DNA of 64,000 nucleotides, taken from Poseidonibacter sp. GTDB lineage: Bacteria > Campylobacterota > Campylobacteria > Campylobacterales > Arcobacteraceae. The translations under genes and the position numbers were made by a program. Positions 8,984-19,663 of this stretch are shown here, piece after piece (position 1 is the stretch's first letter; every line of letters begins with the position of its first letter). Below the pieces are notes generated by a model, which saw only the letters and a program-made list of their open reading frames with translations, searched no databases and was not told the origin of the DNA. The stretch covers positions 3,901 through 67,900 of the forward strand of contig NZ_JBGUES010000001.1 of the NCBI RefSeq assembly GCF_041821165.1, given 5' to 3'.

Positions 8984-9360
8984 AACAGTTTATAAAATTC
9001 GGTTTTATAGGAGGTATTGGCTTTTTAGTTGATGCTTCAATTCTTTTATTTTTAGTACATAAATTAAATATGGATATTAATATTTCAAGAGTTTTTTCAT
9101 TTCTTTTTGCAGTTTTAGTTACTTGGCTTTTAAATAGAAAATTTACTTTTTCCTTAAATAGTAAATATAAAAAAAGAAAAGAGTATATTTATTATATGAG
9201 TATTCAAACTATTGGTGCTTTGTTAAATTATACTATTTTCATTTCTTTAGTTTATTCATATAAAGTATTCCAAGAGTATTTAATTTTACCTCTTGCAATT
9301 GCCTCAATTATTGTAATGTTTTTTAATTTTTTTATGATTAGAAATAAGATTTATAATTGA
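8980..9360 (+). CDS. GtrA-family small membrane protein (putative polyprenyl-phosphate-sugar flippase)
   Basis: 126 aa with 4 TM. N-terminus KFGFIGGIGFLVDASIL is typical of GtrA. There is a 4-nt overlap with the GT2 gene. Confidence 0.8.
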   Translation: MKQFIKFGFIGGIGFLVDASILLFLVHKLNMDINISRVFSFLFAVLVTWLLNRKFTFSLNSKYKKRKEYIYYMSIQTIGALLNYTIFISLVYSYKVFQEYLILPLAIASIIVMFFNFFMIRNKIYN

Positions 9361-11105
9361 GTGATACTTATTTCATTAAACTCTTTTTTTTCTCTTTGAA
9401 TTCTCATGTAATTAATTTTATTTAAAACTTCTTCATTTTGTTCATCTTCAATAATCTTTGTATTATCGCCATTTAGTTTTATATTAAAAATCTTATTTTC
9501 ATTAAATACACTAATAATACCTCTTTGATCTCCTCTTCTATGTATGATATATTTTGGATTTGTTTTAGAAGAAATAAAATCTCCATTCCATATAGATGTA
9601 CAACTTTGCTCTAATACATAATTTTTAATAGAATTATAAATATCAACTTGTTGAAAAGCTTGAAGATTTACTTCTTTTTGTTTTTTATTATCTACTAAAA
9701 TCATAGGAACAAAAGCAGGAGCTTTATATATGCCATGTTTAATAACTTGTTCTTTTCTTATTGGAATCACTGGATGATGATCTCCTACAATAATTAATAA
9801 TCCATCTTTAAAAAAGTTCATTTCATTTAATTTATTATAAAAATTTCCAATTTGTTTATCTACATATCTTATTGTTTCTTCTTCTGAACGATTTTCATTT
9901 TCAGGATTTATAAAAGGTGCATGAGAACTTACAGTTTTTATAAATAAGAAGTATTTTCCTTCTTGTTTAGAAACTCTTTTTAATACACGTTGATATAAAA
10001 ATTCATCTCCTGCTGCATTAAAGTGAAATCTTTTTTTATCAGAATATAGTTTTTGTTCACTTCCTTCAATATGTTTAAATCCAATACTCTTTGCCCATAA
10101 GCCTGTATTTGAAAATTCTAAATCAGAAGAAGTAATAAATTCTGTTTGATAATCCTCTTTATTTAAAATATCAGCTAAAGAATCTTTGATATTATAAAAA
10201 CCACTAAATGAAACGCCACCTCCATTTGAAAAAGAGCTAGAAGCATATATTGGAAATTTACCTGTTAGGATTGAAATCTCTGCATCTTCTGTAACAAATC
10301 CATTTGCATAAAAATTTTTAAAACTAATATTTTCTTTTGCAATTTTATCAAGTTGGGGAGTCCAATTTTTGATATTTGAAAAATATTCACTTTGATATGA
10401 GGCTAATGATTCAACCATTAAAACTATAATATTTTTATTATTTTTTTCACTTTTAATACATTGTTGATTATGATTTACTGATAGGTTTTTTTTGAAATCA
10501 TTTGAGTATTTATTAGATTGTTCAATAATATCGTAGTTATATTCAATAAAATTTTTATATAACCAAGAATGAATATAACGACCATTATCAGCAAATAAGA
10601 AAAGAGTAAAACATAAAACAATTGAAGTTAAATAAGTATAGTGACTTCTTTTATTTTGAATTTGATAATTTTTGAAAATAAATATTAAAATTAAAACTAT
10701 TGTAATCAAAGAAGCTAAGATAATAAGTATATTAAGAGAATATAATTGTTGTATATATTTAGGAGCGTAAGTTATATATTTTATAATATCACCTAAGATT
10801 AGGTGAGTAGCAAAGCTATTTAGAACAAATAAATCAATTATGTAAAGTAAAAAAATCACTAGAGCAAATAGTCGTAAAACAATGGCTATATAATATTTAA
10901 TAAACTTCAAATATGAAATATATATAAATAAAATGATTAAGAAATAAATGATTGAATCATGTGCTAAAGTTTGAAATATACGATAAAATAAACTCTCTTC
11001 ATGATTTATAAAAAAAAAGTTAATTATTAGTAGTTTAAATAAAACTGGAATTAGTAAAATTTCTAAAAGTAAAAATCCAATAAGTTTTGAGTTGAATATA
11101 TTCAT
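9351..11105 (-). CDS. Membrane-anchored sulfatase/alkaline-phosphatase-superfamily transferase (LtaS/OpgB-like phosphoglycerol or phospho-substituent transferase)
   Basis: 584 aa with about 5-6 N-terminal TMs. The extracytoplasmic domain has IIVLMVESLASYQSEY, NGFVTEDAEISILTG (Thr nucleophile context as in LtaS) and IIVGDHHP. Confidence 0.7.
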   Translation of the reverse strand: MNIFNSKLIGFLLLEILLIPVLFKLLIINFFFINHEESLFYRIFQTLAHDSIIYFLIILFIYISYLKFIKYYIAIVLRLFALVIFLLYIIDLFVLNSFATHLILGDIIKYITYAPKYIQQLYSLNILIILASLITIVLILIFIFKNYQIQNKRSHYTYLTSIVLCFTLFLFADNGRYIHSWLYKNFIEYNYDIIEQSNKYSNDFKKNLSVNHNQQCIKSEKNNKNIIVLMVESLASYQSEYFSNIKNWTPQLDKIAKENISFKNFYANGFVTEDAEISILTGKFPIYASSSFSNGGGVSFSGFYNIKDSLADILNKEDYQTEFITSSDLEFSNTGLWAKSIGFKHIEGSEQKLYSDKKRFHFNAAGDEFLYQRVLKRVSKQEGKYFLFIKTVSSHAPFINPENENRSEEETIRYVDKQIGNFYNKLNEMNFFKDGLLIIVGDHHPVIPIRKEQVIKHGIYKAPAFVPMILVDNKKQKEVNLQAFQQVDIYNSIKNYVLEQSCTSIWNGDFISSKTNPKYIIHRRGDQRGIISVFNENKIFNIKLNGDNTKIIEDEQNEEVLNKINYMRIQREKKEFNEISITQL

Positions 11106-11174
11106 AAAGTTCCTATAATTTAAAGTATTATAGCTAAGTTATATTTATTTCAAGAAATACGATATAATTCAAAA

Positions 11175-12323
11175 ATGAAAAAATTAGACTTATTTATTAT
11201 TATTTATTCAATAATTATTATACTTTCAGTTATGTATGCAACACAACCTTTGCAACCATTATTAGCGCAAAAATTTGATATCTCAATTACAAAAGCATCT
11301 CAATTTACAGCTGTAATTATGTTCTTTCTTGCAATATCACCAATTGTTTATGGGTATATTTTAGAAAAAGTTTGTGCTAAAAAAATGCTTATTATTGCAT
11401 CTTTTATTCTTTTAGTTACAAATATATTTTTAGCAATGTCAACTACTTATGAATCATTTTTTACTTTTAGAATTATTGAGGCTTTAGTAATACCTGCAAT
11501 ATTAACAGCACTTATGAGTATATTAGCAAATACAAATAAAGAAAATATAAAATTTAATATGTCAATTTATGTGGCATCAACAGTTTTAGGTGGTCTTGTT
11601 GGAAGAATATTTTCAGGGTTTATTGCAACATATTTTTCTTATGAGTTTGTATTTTATTCACTTTCTCTTGGACTATCTATATCTTTGATTTTAATACAAA
11701 AATTATCTTATGAAGGTGATGCAAAAGTTGTTAAACCTAAGTTAAATGATATTGTGACTATTTTAAAAGATAAAAGGTTTTTATTAGTATATTTTCTAAT
11801 GTTTTGTATGTTCTTCGTATTTGCTGGCGTTTTAAATGTACTACCTTTTAGAGTAAAAGATATATCAAGTAATGTTACAGAATTTCAAATAAGTCTTTTA
11901 TACCTAGGTTATGGAATGGGAATCCTTGTATCTTTATTTTCAAAAAAAATCATTGCATTTTTTAAAAATGAAATAAATACTATTTTAGCTGGTGTTTGTT
12001 TTTTCTTATTTATTACATTTTTTCTAGTTACTCAAGATATTGTAATATTATTTGTAATGTTGTTTTTATTTTGTATAGGAATGTTTACTGTTCACACTGT
12101 AAGTACAGGTTTAGCAAACTCTTTAAAAGATGAACAAAAATCTTTAACTTCTGGAATGTATTTAAGTTTTTATTATATTGGAGGGGCAAGTGGAAGTATT
12201 ATTCCTTCTATAATTTATGATTATTATGGTTGGAATATAATGATTTACTCTTTAATATTTATACTTTCTATTGTATTGTTTGTAAGTTTTAAAAATAGAG
12301 CTTTATTTTTAAAAGAGGGTTAA
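11175..12323 (+). CDS. MFS transporter
   Basis: 382 aa, about 12 TM, MFS-like loop motif GGLVGRIFSG. Confidence 0.75.
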   Translation: MKKLDLFIIIYSIIIILSVMYATQPLQPLLAQKFDISITKASQFTAVIMFFLAISPIVYGYILEKVCAKKMLIIASFILLVTNIFLAMSTTYESFFTFRIIEALVIPAILTALMSILANTNKENIKFNMSIYVASTVLGGLVGRIFSGFIATYFSYEFVFYSLSLGLSISLILIQKLSYEGDAKVVKPKLNDIVTILKDKRFLLVYFLMFCMFFVFAGVLNVLPFRVKDISSNVTEFQISLLYLGYGMGILVSLFSKKIIAFFKNEINTILAGVCFFLFITFFLVTQDIVILFVMLFLFCIGMFTVHTVSTGLANSLKDEQKSLTSGMYLSFYYIGGASGSIIPSIIYDYYGWNIMIYSLIFILSIVLFVSFKNRALFLKEG

Positions 12324-12335
12324 TTAAAACCCTCT
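12314..12335. terminator. Hairpin embedding both convergent stop codons (AGAGGGTT-aattaa-AACCCTCT)
   Basis: Read directly. The TTAATTAA centre contains the TAA of the MFS gene and the TAA of the - strand membrane gene. Confidence 0.45.
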
Positions 12336-12803
12336 AAGTGTTACACCTAAATAAATAGCAATTATTCCTAATGCGATATTTAAAGGTATAAAATATTTAG
12401 CAATTGGCGCTAATTGTGCTTTTGTAGTAATATAATCACCTAAAAGAAAAGCTTTTTGGGCTTTATTTCTTTTAATATAAATACTTATAAAAACTATTGT
12501 CATAATAGTCCAAATAATCTCTTTTGCAATAACAACACTATATATTGGTGTTCCTTTAAACCCTAAAGCAATTATCATAATAATAGCAGTGATTAAAAGT
12601 ATTACAATACAAGGAATTACAATATTAAAAAATGTTTTTAAAAATTGTAATGTTCTTTCAATTTTGATTTTTGGTTCAGCTATATCTTGAACTGAAGGAT
12701 GAACTGCAAATCTAAGTGCAATCATTCCTCCAACCCAAATCACAGCTGAAATTACGTGTAAAAATATTATTGGTGCAGAAGAACTTTGGAAGAATTCTGT
12801 CAT
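12324..12803 (-). CDS. Small integral membrane protein (CopD-like/HemJ-like 4-5 TM fold), function uncertain
   Basis: 159 aa. IFLHVISAVIWVGGMIALRF resembles the first helix of CopD-type proteins. The start overlaps the alaS stop (TAATG). Confidence 0.4.
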   Translation of the reverse strand: MTEFFQSSSAPIIFLHVISAVIWVGGMIALRFAVHPSVQDIAEPKIKIERTLQFLKTFFNIVIPCIVILLITAIIMIIALGFKGTPIYSVVIAKEIIWTIMTIVFISIYIKRNKAQKAFLLGDYITTKAQLAPIAKYFIPLNIALGIIAIYLGVTLRGF

Positions 12804-15373
12804 TATTTTAAATTTTCTTGTGCAAAAGTTAAGGCAGCTGTTTTAGCCTCTTCAATTTTACTTACATCTTTTCCACCAGCTTGAGCGAAGTCAGGTCTTC
12901 CACCACCTCCACCACCAACGATTGGAGCAATTGCTTTAATCCAATCACCAGCTTTAATACTTGTGTTTTTGCTTCCAGCAACTAACATAACTTTGTCACC
13001 TTTTGCTTGAAGTAATAATACAGCAACTTTTTCATTTGCATTTTTTAAATCATCAACAATTTTTTTAATATCACCATTTGATACTACATCAACAACAATT
13101 TTTGTATCACCAATCATTGATTCTGAAATAGGAGATTGTGATTGGCTTTGAGCTTCAACTAATTCATTTTTTAATGTTTTAATTTGATCTTTTAATTTTT
13201 TAATACCTGCAATTGCATCATTATTTTTTAATTCAGATTGAATTTCATTCATACTAGAAATAATCTCTTTAGTATAAGAAATAGCAGAAGCACCACATAC
13301 AGCTTCGATTCTTCTAACTCCTGCACTTACACCACTTTCTTTTATGATATAGAAACTACCAATATCACTAGTATTTTTAACATGAGTTCCACCACAGAAT
13401 TCAACTGAAACATCAGCAAAATTTACAACTCTTACTGTATCACCATATTTTTCACCAAACATTGCAATAGCACCAGATTTTTTTGCTTCTTCAATTGGTA
13501 ATTCTTGGATATCTCCTGAAATTCCTCTTGCAATCATAGAGTTTACTAAATCTTCAACTTCTTCAATTTGTTCATTACTCATAGCTTTTGGATATGTAAA
13601 GTCAAATCTTAATCTGTTGGCATCATTTAAACTACCAGCTTGAGAAACAGTATCACCTAAAACCATTTTTAAAGCAGATTGTAAAAGGTGAGTAGCACTA
13701 TGATGTTTAGATATTTCATTTCTATTTACAACAATAGCTTCAACTTTTTCACCTTTTCTTAAATTTAATGATTCAATATTTACTTTTGATAAATTAAGAC
13801 CAAAGAATTTTTGTGTATCTTCAATCATTGCAATATGTTTATTATCTTCTAATGCACCTATATCACCAGATTGTCCACCTGATGTTGCATAAAATGGAGT
13901 TTTATCAAGCATAACCCAACCACTTGAACCTTTTTCTAAAGTTTCAACTTCTTTATAGTTTTCATCTAATAAAGCTAAAATAGTACTTTTAGAAGCAGTA
14001 TTTTCATAACCGATAAATTCATTTTCACCATATTTTTCAAGTAATTGTTTAAAATCACCTTCAGCAGCAGTATCTCCACTACCTTTCCAAGCAGCTTTTG
14101 CTTTTGCTTTTTGTTCACTCATAAGTTCATCAAATTTAGCACTATCTACTTTTAAATTTTTATCTCTTAACATATCTTCTGTTAAGTCTAATGGGAATCC
14201 ATAAGTATCATATAGTTTAAATGCAACTTCACCAGAGAAAACTTCTTTTGTATTTTTTAATTCATCATTAAAAATATTCATACCTAAATCAATAGTTTTA
14301 AAGAATCTTTCTTCTTCAAGTGTTAATTGTTCTTTAATATAGTTTGCTTTTTCAACTAGTTCTGTATAGTGAGAACCTAAAATATCTGCTAATGTATCAA
14401 ATAGTTTTGCTAAGAATGGTTTTCTAAATCCTAAAAGGTAACCATGTCTAACAGCTCTTCTTAAAATTCTTCTACATACATAAGGTCTTCCTTCGTTTCC
14501 AAAAAGAATACCTTGAGATAACATAAATGATGTTGCTCTTAAATGATCAGCTATAACTCTATATGAACCAATAGTTTCTTTAGTAGTTTTTTTCTTACTT
14601 AATTCTTCTAATTTTTTGATAATTGGTTGGAAGTTTGATGAATCAAAGTTGTTAAAAACACCTTCTTTAATAGCAATAACTCTTTCAAGTCCCATTCCTG
14701 TATCAATTGATGGTTTTGGTAAAGGATTAAGTTTTCCACTTGCATCTCTTTCATATTGCATAAATACTAGGTTCCAAATTTCTAAGAATCTATCACCTTC
14801 TCCACCTAAGTAATCTTCATCTGTACTAAAGTTTTCTTCACCTTGGTCATAGAAAATTTCAGAACAAGGTCCACAAGCACCTGTATCACCCATTGACCAG
14901 AAATTATCTTTATCTCCAAATCTTTTGATTCTTGAAGCATCAATATGTTTTTGCCATAATTCATATGCTTCATCATCACTTTCATGAATAGTAACCCATA
15001 ATTTTTCAATTGGTAATTCAAGATTTTTTGTAATAAATTCCCATGCGTAAGCTATTGCATCTTCTTTAAAATAATCACCAAAAGAGAAATTTCCTAACAT
15101 CTCAAATAGTGTATGATGACGTGCAGTATAACCTACATTTTCAAGGTCATTATGCTTACCACCAGCTCTAACACAAAGTTGACAAGTAGTAGCAGTTGGA
15201 TTTTCAGGTCTTGGAATAGCACCTGTAAAAACATCTTTAAACTGTACCATTCCGGCATTTGTAAACATAAGTGTTGGATCATCTGGCACTAGTGGCATTG
15301 ATGAAATAACATCATGTCCTTTACTTTTAAAAAACTCTAAATACTCTTTTCTAATATCCATAAAATCATCCAT
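12803..15373 (-). CDS. alaS: Alanine--tRNA ligase
   Basis: 856 aa. N-terminus [13 protein letters not shown], class II motifs, editing-domain HxxxH (HSATHLL), C-terminal [14 protein letters not shown]. The true start may be the ATG at 15361 (MDIRKEY). Confidence 0.97.
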   Translation of the reverse strand: MDDFMDIRKEYLEFFKSKGHDVISSMPLVPDDPTLMFTNAGMVQFKDVFTGAIPRPENPTATTCQLCVRAGGKHNDLENVGYTARHHTLFEMLGNFSFGDYFKEDAIAYAWEFITKNLELPIEKLWVTIHESDDEAYELWQKHIDASRIKRFGDKDNFWSMGDTGACGPCSEIFYDQGEENFSTDEDYLGGEGDRFLEIWNLVFMQYERDASGKLNPLPKPSIDTGMGLERVIAIKEGVFNNFDSSNFQPIIKKLEELSKKKTTKETIGSYRVIADHLRATSFMLSQGILFGNEGRPYVCRRILRRAVRHGYLLGFRKPFLAKLFDTLADILGSHYTELVEKANYIKEQLTLEEERFFKTIDLGMNIFNDELKNTKEVFSGEVAFKLYDTYGFPLDLTEDMLRDKNLKVDSAKFDELMSEQKAKAKAAWKGSGDTAAEGDFKQLLEKYGENEFIGYENTASKSTILALLDENYKEVETLEKGSSGWVMLDKTPFYATSGGQSGDIGALEDNKHIAMIEDTQKFFGLNLSKVNIESLNLRKGEKVEAIVVNRNEISKHHSATHLLQSALKMVLGDTVSQAGSLNDANRLRFDFTYPKAMSNEQIEEVEDLVNSMIARGISGDIQELPIEEAKKSGAIAMFGEKYGDTVRVVNFADVSVEFCGGTHVKNTSDIGSFYIIKESGVSAGVRRIEAVCGASAISYTKEIISSMNEIQSELKNNDAIAGIKKLKDQIKTLKNELVEAQSQSQSPISESMIGDTKIVVDVVSNGDIKKIVDDLKNANEKVAVLLLQAKGDKVMLVAGSKNTSIKAGDWIKAIAPIVGGGGGGRPDFAQAGGKDVSKIEEAKTAALTFAQENLK

Positions 15374-15544
15374 TTTAAATTTAATTTAGATATTTTATCC
15401 AAAAATTAATTTAGGCAAGATTAGTAACTCTTTATTTAAAAGTAATATAAAACTTAATTTAAGTTTTTTAAAGATATAATCTATAAGTTTAATTTAAAAT
15501 TATTCTACTTAAAATATAAAAACAATTAATAATAAGGAAATAAA

Positions 15545-15862
15545 ATGGGAAAATATACTGAATTAACTCCAGCAAATTTTGAAGAAATTACTAGTAATGG
15601 TGTTTCTCTAGTTGACTTTTGGGCTCCATGGTGTGGACCTTGTAGAATGATTGCTCCTGTAATTGAAGAATTAGCAGAAGAATTCGAAGGTAAAGCTAAT
15701 ATCTGTAAAGTAAATACAGATGAAGAACAAGATTTAGCTGTTAAATATGGAATTAGATCAATTCCAACAATCATCTTTATGAAAGATGGTGAAATCGTTG
15801 ATCAAATGGTTGGTGCTTCTTCTAAACAAGCATTTACTGATAAAATCAACTCATTATTATAA
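15545..15862 (+). CDS. trxA: Thioredoxin
   Basis: 105 aa, WCGPC active site. Confidence 0.95.
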   Translation: MGKYTELTPANFEEITSNGVSLVDFWAPWCGPCRMIAPVIEELAEEFEGKANICKVNTDEEQDLAVKYGIRSIPTIIFMKDGEIVDQMVGASSKQAFTDKINSLL

Positions 15863-15887
15863 TAAATACTATCAAATTATTTAAAAA

Positions 15888-15918
15888 GGGATAAGATTTA
15901 ATCTTATCCCTTTTTTTT
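15888..15918 (+). terminator. Rho-independent terminator of trxA
   Basis: GGGATAAGAT-tta-ATCTTATCCC followed by T8. Confidence 0.85.
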
Positions 15919-16003
15919 ATGCCTAAATTTTCCTACAAATGTCATATTAAAGTCACTTTACTATTTTATTATTTCATTATAAAGATAAATGAAGGAGACT
16001 ATC

Positions 16004-17416
16004 ATGTTTCAAAACAACAAAATAAATATTTTGATTCCACTATTAGTTGGAATTATTGTGGCACTTTTGCCAACACCAGAAGGTTTAAGTGTTAATGCAC
16101 AATACTTCTTTGCGCTATTTTTAACTGTAATTATTGCTTTAATTTTAGAGCCAATTCCAGCTGCACTTATTGGACTTACAGGTGTTGCATTTGCAGCAAC
16201 TTTTGGTTTAGTAGGGGATACTGCAAAAGCAAGTAGAGATTGGGCATTAAGTGGATTCTCAAATGGAGTAATCTGGCTAATTTTTGCAGCATTTATGTTT
16301 GCACTTGGTTACAAAAAAAGTGGACTTGGAAAAAGAATCGCACTTTTATTAGTTAAATATCTTGGTAAAACATCACTTGGTTTAGGATATGCAGTAGCAT
16401 TTGCTGATGGTGTATTATCACCATTTATGCCATCTAATACAGCAAGAAGTGCAGGGACAATTTTCCCAATTGCTATTAATATTCCACAAATGTTTAATTC
16501 AACTCCTGAAAATGAACCTAGAAAATTAGGTGGATATATTTCATGGGTAGCAATTGCAGCAACATGTGTTACAAGTTCAATGTTTTTAACAGCACTTGCA
16601 CCTAACCTTTTAGCTGTATCATTAGTTGAAAAAAGTACAGGAATAGTTATAAACTGGGCACAATGGTTTAGTACATTAGGAATAGTAATGGTTCCATTAT
16701 TTTTATTAGTTCCATTCTTAGCATATATTATTTACCCACCAGAACAAAAAAAATCTCCTGAAGCACCAGCTTGGGCAGCAAAAGAATTAAAAGAAATGGG
16801 ACCTGTTTCTAAAAATGAATTGCTTATGTTAGGTCTTGGAATGCTTGCACTTGTAATGTGGATTTTTGGAAAAGAAATTGGTGTAAATGGTACAATAGCT
16901 GCAATTTTTGTATTATCATTATTAGTTTTAACAAATGTTATTTCATGGGAAGATGTTATTACAAATAAAGCTGCTATAAATGTATTTATTTGGTTTGCAA
17001 CTTTAGTAGCAATGGCAAGTGGACTTAAACAAGTTGGATATTTAAAATGGGCAGCAGGATTAATCGCAGGAAGTTTATCAGGATTTGAACCTACTATGAT
17101 TGTAATAGTTCTAGTTGTTTTATTTTTCTTATTTCACTATTTATTTGCAAGTGTTACAGCACATACAGTTGCACTTTTACCACTATTTTTAGGGGTTGCT
17201 GTTAATTTATTACCAGCTGAAATGATTCAACCATTATCTTTATTACTTGTAGGTTCATTAGGACTTATGGGAATAATTACACCATATGCAACAGGACCAT
17301 CTCCTATTTGGTATGGAGCAGGTTATATCTCTCAAGCTACATGGTGGAAACTTGGAGCAATATTTGGAGCTATTTATTTAGGTGCATTAGTTTTATTAGG
17401 ATTTATTATCTTATAA
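16004..17416 (+). CDS. DASS-family (SLC13-like) anion:cation symporter/antiporter, di/tricarboxylate type
   Basis: Hairpin signature SPFMPSNTARSAG and second-half TPYATGPSP. The track start is 15989. The ATG at 16004 has a GAAGGAG SD 6 nt upstream. Confidence 0.85.
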   Translation: MFQNNKINILIPLLVGIIVALLPTPEGLSVNAQYFFALFLTVIIALILEPIPAALIGLTGVAFAATFGLVGDTAKASRDWALSGFSNGVIWLIFAAFMFALGYKKSGLGKRIALLLVKYLGKTSLGLGYAVAFADGVLSPFMPSNTARSAGTIFPIAINIPQMFNSTPENEPRKLGGYISWVAIAATCVTSSMFLTALAPNLLAVSLVEKSTGIVINWAQWFSTLGIVMVPLFLLVPFLAYIIYPPEQKKSPEAPAWAAKELKEMGPVSKNELLMLGLGMLALVMWIFGKEIGVNGTIAAIFVLSLLVLTNVISWEDVITNKAAINVFIWFATLVAMASGLKQVGYLKWAAGLIAGSLSGFEPTMIVIVLVVLFFLFHYLFASVTAHTVALLPLFLGVAVNLLPAEMIQPLSLLLVGSLGLMGIITPYATGPSPIWYGAGYISQATWWKLGAIFGAIYLGALVLLGFIIL

Positions 17417-17430
17417 GACAATATTTTAAA

Positions 17431-17459
17431 AGTGCTAGTTTAAATACTAGTGCTTTTTT
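17431..17459 (+). terminator. Rho-independent terminator after the DASS transporter
   Basis: AGTGCTAGT-ttaaat-ACTAGTGCT (two G-U pairs) followed by T6. Confidence 0.6.
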
Positions 17460-17497
17460 AATTTTTAAACTTAGTAATAATTGACTATAATTCAATT

Positions 17498-19663
17498 ATG
17501 AAAAAACTACTTTTACTTTTAATTCTTTTTAATTCTTATCTTTTTGCAAATAAATCAATTTTAATTATTAATTCATATCATAAAGGTTATGAATGGAGTG
17601 ATAAAATTATTCAAGGAATTGAAAAAGAATTTTACTCTTATGATGATATAGATACAAGTACTTTATATATGGATTCAAAAAGAGTTACTTCTAATGAATA
17701 TATTTTAAATCTTGAAAACTTATATAAAATACAATTAAAAAATAGAAAATATGACTTAATAATTGTAATTGATAGATTTGCATATGATTTTGTTTTAAAG
17801 TCATATAAAAATCTTTTTACAAATGAACCTATTTTAGCACTTGGTCTGGAGAACTTTTCACGTAAAAATTTACAAAAATATAACTTAGAAGATAAAGTCT
17901 CAGTATTATTAGAAAAACGAGACTTAAAAGGAAATACAAAAGTAATACAAACACTTATTCCTTCAATAAAAAAGTTATATATTATAAATGATAAAAGTAC
18001 AAATGCAGAACATACAGAACCATTAATAAAAGAGTTTCTTGATAATTTTAAAGGTAAATACAAACTTATTTATTTAAAAGAGAATAACTTAGAGGATTTA
18101 AGTAAAAAGTTTGAAAAATTTGAAGAAAATACTGCTGCTTTATTTATTCGATTCTATAAAGACTCAAATGGAAAATTATATAAAAATAACACTATTTCAA
18201 AATTTATTCAAAACTCAAAAATACCTATTTTTGTTACAGACTCAATGTTTATAAAAAAAGGTGCTATTGGTGGTCGTATTATTGATTTAAGTATATTTGG
18301 TAAAACTTCTGGACAAATGGCATTAGATATTTTAGAAAATAATAAAACAAATATAAAAGTATTTGATGAGCTATATTATGTATTTGATGCTTTAAAATTA
18401 GATCAATTTACACTTGCTGTTAATCAGCTAAATGATTCTTATAAGATTGTAAATAAAAGAGTTACATTTTATGATAAAAATAGAGGATTTATAAATTTTG
18501 TATTTACAATATCTCCTATTTTAATTCTTCTTATAATTGGTTTATTTCATAATATCTATCTTAGAAAAAATACTGAAAAAAAATTAAGACAAAGAATAGA
18601 GTTTGATTCTGTTTTATTAAATGCAATTGAAAGTCCAATATTTTGGCAAGATGATAAAGGTAAAATAATTGATTCAAATGTTAAATTCTGTAATTTTTTA
18701 GAACTACCTAGTTCTAAAATTTATGGAAAATCCTTAATTCAATTAGAAAATAAAAATGCAGATATAATTTCTGATATTTTAGAGAAATATAAAAAAGACA
18801 AAGATAAAAACAATAGGTTTAAATATAAAATATCAAATGATAAAAAAAAGATATATTTTATAAAACAAGCATCATATTGTGATAGTAAAACTAAGATTAT
18901 GGGTACAGTTACAATTTTTACTGATATTACAAAAGAGATTGAAAATGAAAAAGATAATGAAAAAAATCAACAATTTATAATACAACAATCAAAATTAGCA
19001 GAAATAGGAGAAATTTTCTCATCAATTGCTCATCAATGGAAGTCGCCATTAGTTGAAATTACTACAATAGCACAAGAGAGTTTTTATAATTCAAATACAG
19101 ATGTTTTAGAAAACCAATCTTATGTAAAAGATATAATGACACAAGTGAATTATATGAATGATACTATAAATGATTTTCAAAGTTTTATAGTTCCTTCAAA
19201 TAAAAAGAGCATTTTTAATGCCTATGATGCAATTAAATCAATGCTTGATATTGTTGAACATAATATTAAATATAACTATATTAGCATAAACATCGATGTA
19301 AAAGAAGATACAAATTTAAATATTTGTGGATTTAGAAATGAGTTTATGCAATCAGTTTTAAATATTATTAATAATGCAAAAGATGAATTGTTAAATAATG
19401 ATTATAAAAATAGAAAAATTGATATGTTTTTTTATAATAAAAATAATAAATTAATAATAAAGATAAATGATAATGCAGGTGGAATAAAACAAAAAAATAT
19501 TAAAAAAATATTTAAAGTTTATTATTCTACAAAAAAAGATGGTCATGGAATTGGCTTATATATGGTAAAAATGATTATAGAAGATAAAATGAATGGAAAA
19601 ATAAAAGTGCAAAACATAAAAGATGGCGCTTCTTTTACAATTGAATTAGAGAGTATAAAATGA
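17498..19663 (+). CDS. Hybrid-architecture sensor histidine kinase: signal peptide, periplasmic ABC-substrate-binding-like domain, TM, PAS, HisKA, HATPase
   Basis: 721 aa. The periplasmic region of about 300 aa starts ILIINSYHKGYEWSD (as in PF04392-type binding domains). TM at aa about 330-352. PAS-like LNAIESPIFWQDDKGKII. H-box IAHQWKSPL. G-box GHGIGLYMVK. Confidence 0.8.
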   Translation: MKKLLLLLILFNSYLFANKSILIINSYHKGYEWSDKIIQGIEKEFYSYDDIDTSTLYMDSKRVTSNEYILNLENLYKIQLKNRKYDLIIVIDRFAYDFVLKSYKNLFTNEPILALGLENFSRKNLQKYNLEDKVSVLLEKRDLKGNTKVIQTLIPSIKKLYIINDKSTNAEHTEPLIKEFLDNFKGKYKLIYLKENNLEDLSKKFEKFEENTAALFIRFYKDSNGKLYKNNTISKFIQNSKIPIFVTDSMFIKKGAIGGRIIDLSIFGKTSGQMALDILENNKTNIKVFDELYYVFDALKLDQFTLAVNQLNDSYKIVNKRVTFYDKNRGFINFVFTISPILILLIIGLFHNIYLRKNTEKKLRQRIEFDSVLLNAIESPIFWQDDKGKIIDSNVKFCNFLELPSSKIYGKSLIQLENKNADIISDILEKYKKDKDKNNRFKYKISNDKKKIYFIKQASYCDSKTKIMGTVTIFTDITKEIENEKDNEKNQQFIIQQSKLAEIGEIFSSIAHQWKSPLVEITTIAQESFYNSNTDVLENQSYVKDIMTQVNYMNDTINDFQSFIVPSNKKSIFNAYDAIKSMLDIVEHNIKYNYISINIDVKEDTNLNICGFRNEFMQSVLNIINNAKDELLNNDYKNRKIDMFFYNKNNKLIIKINDNAGGIKQKNIKKIFKVYYSTKKDGHGIGLYMVKMIIEDKMNGKIKVQNIKDGASFTIELESIK

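Noticed and set aside
17638-18063. 141-aa antisense ORF inside the histidine kinase gene. The same applies to 2611-2799, 4583-4789, 6756-7028, 14616-15021, 15526-15774, 20323-20508, 21559-21756, 26274-26522, 27153-27338, 27399-27593, 27697-27939, 29451-29642 and 29767-29988.
   Set aside because: These are shadow ORFs on the opposite strand, or out of frame, relative to genes with strong motif support. Their composition is that of AT-rich antisense frames, with no SD or signal features.
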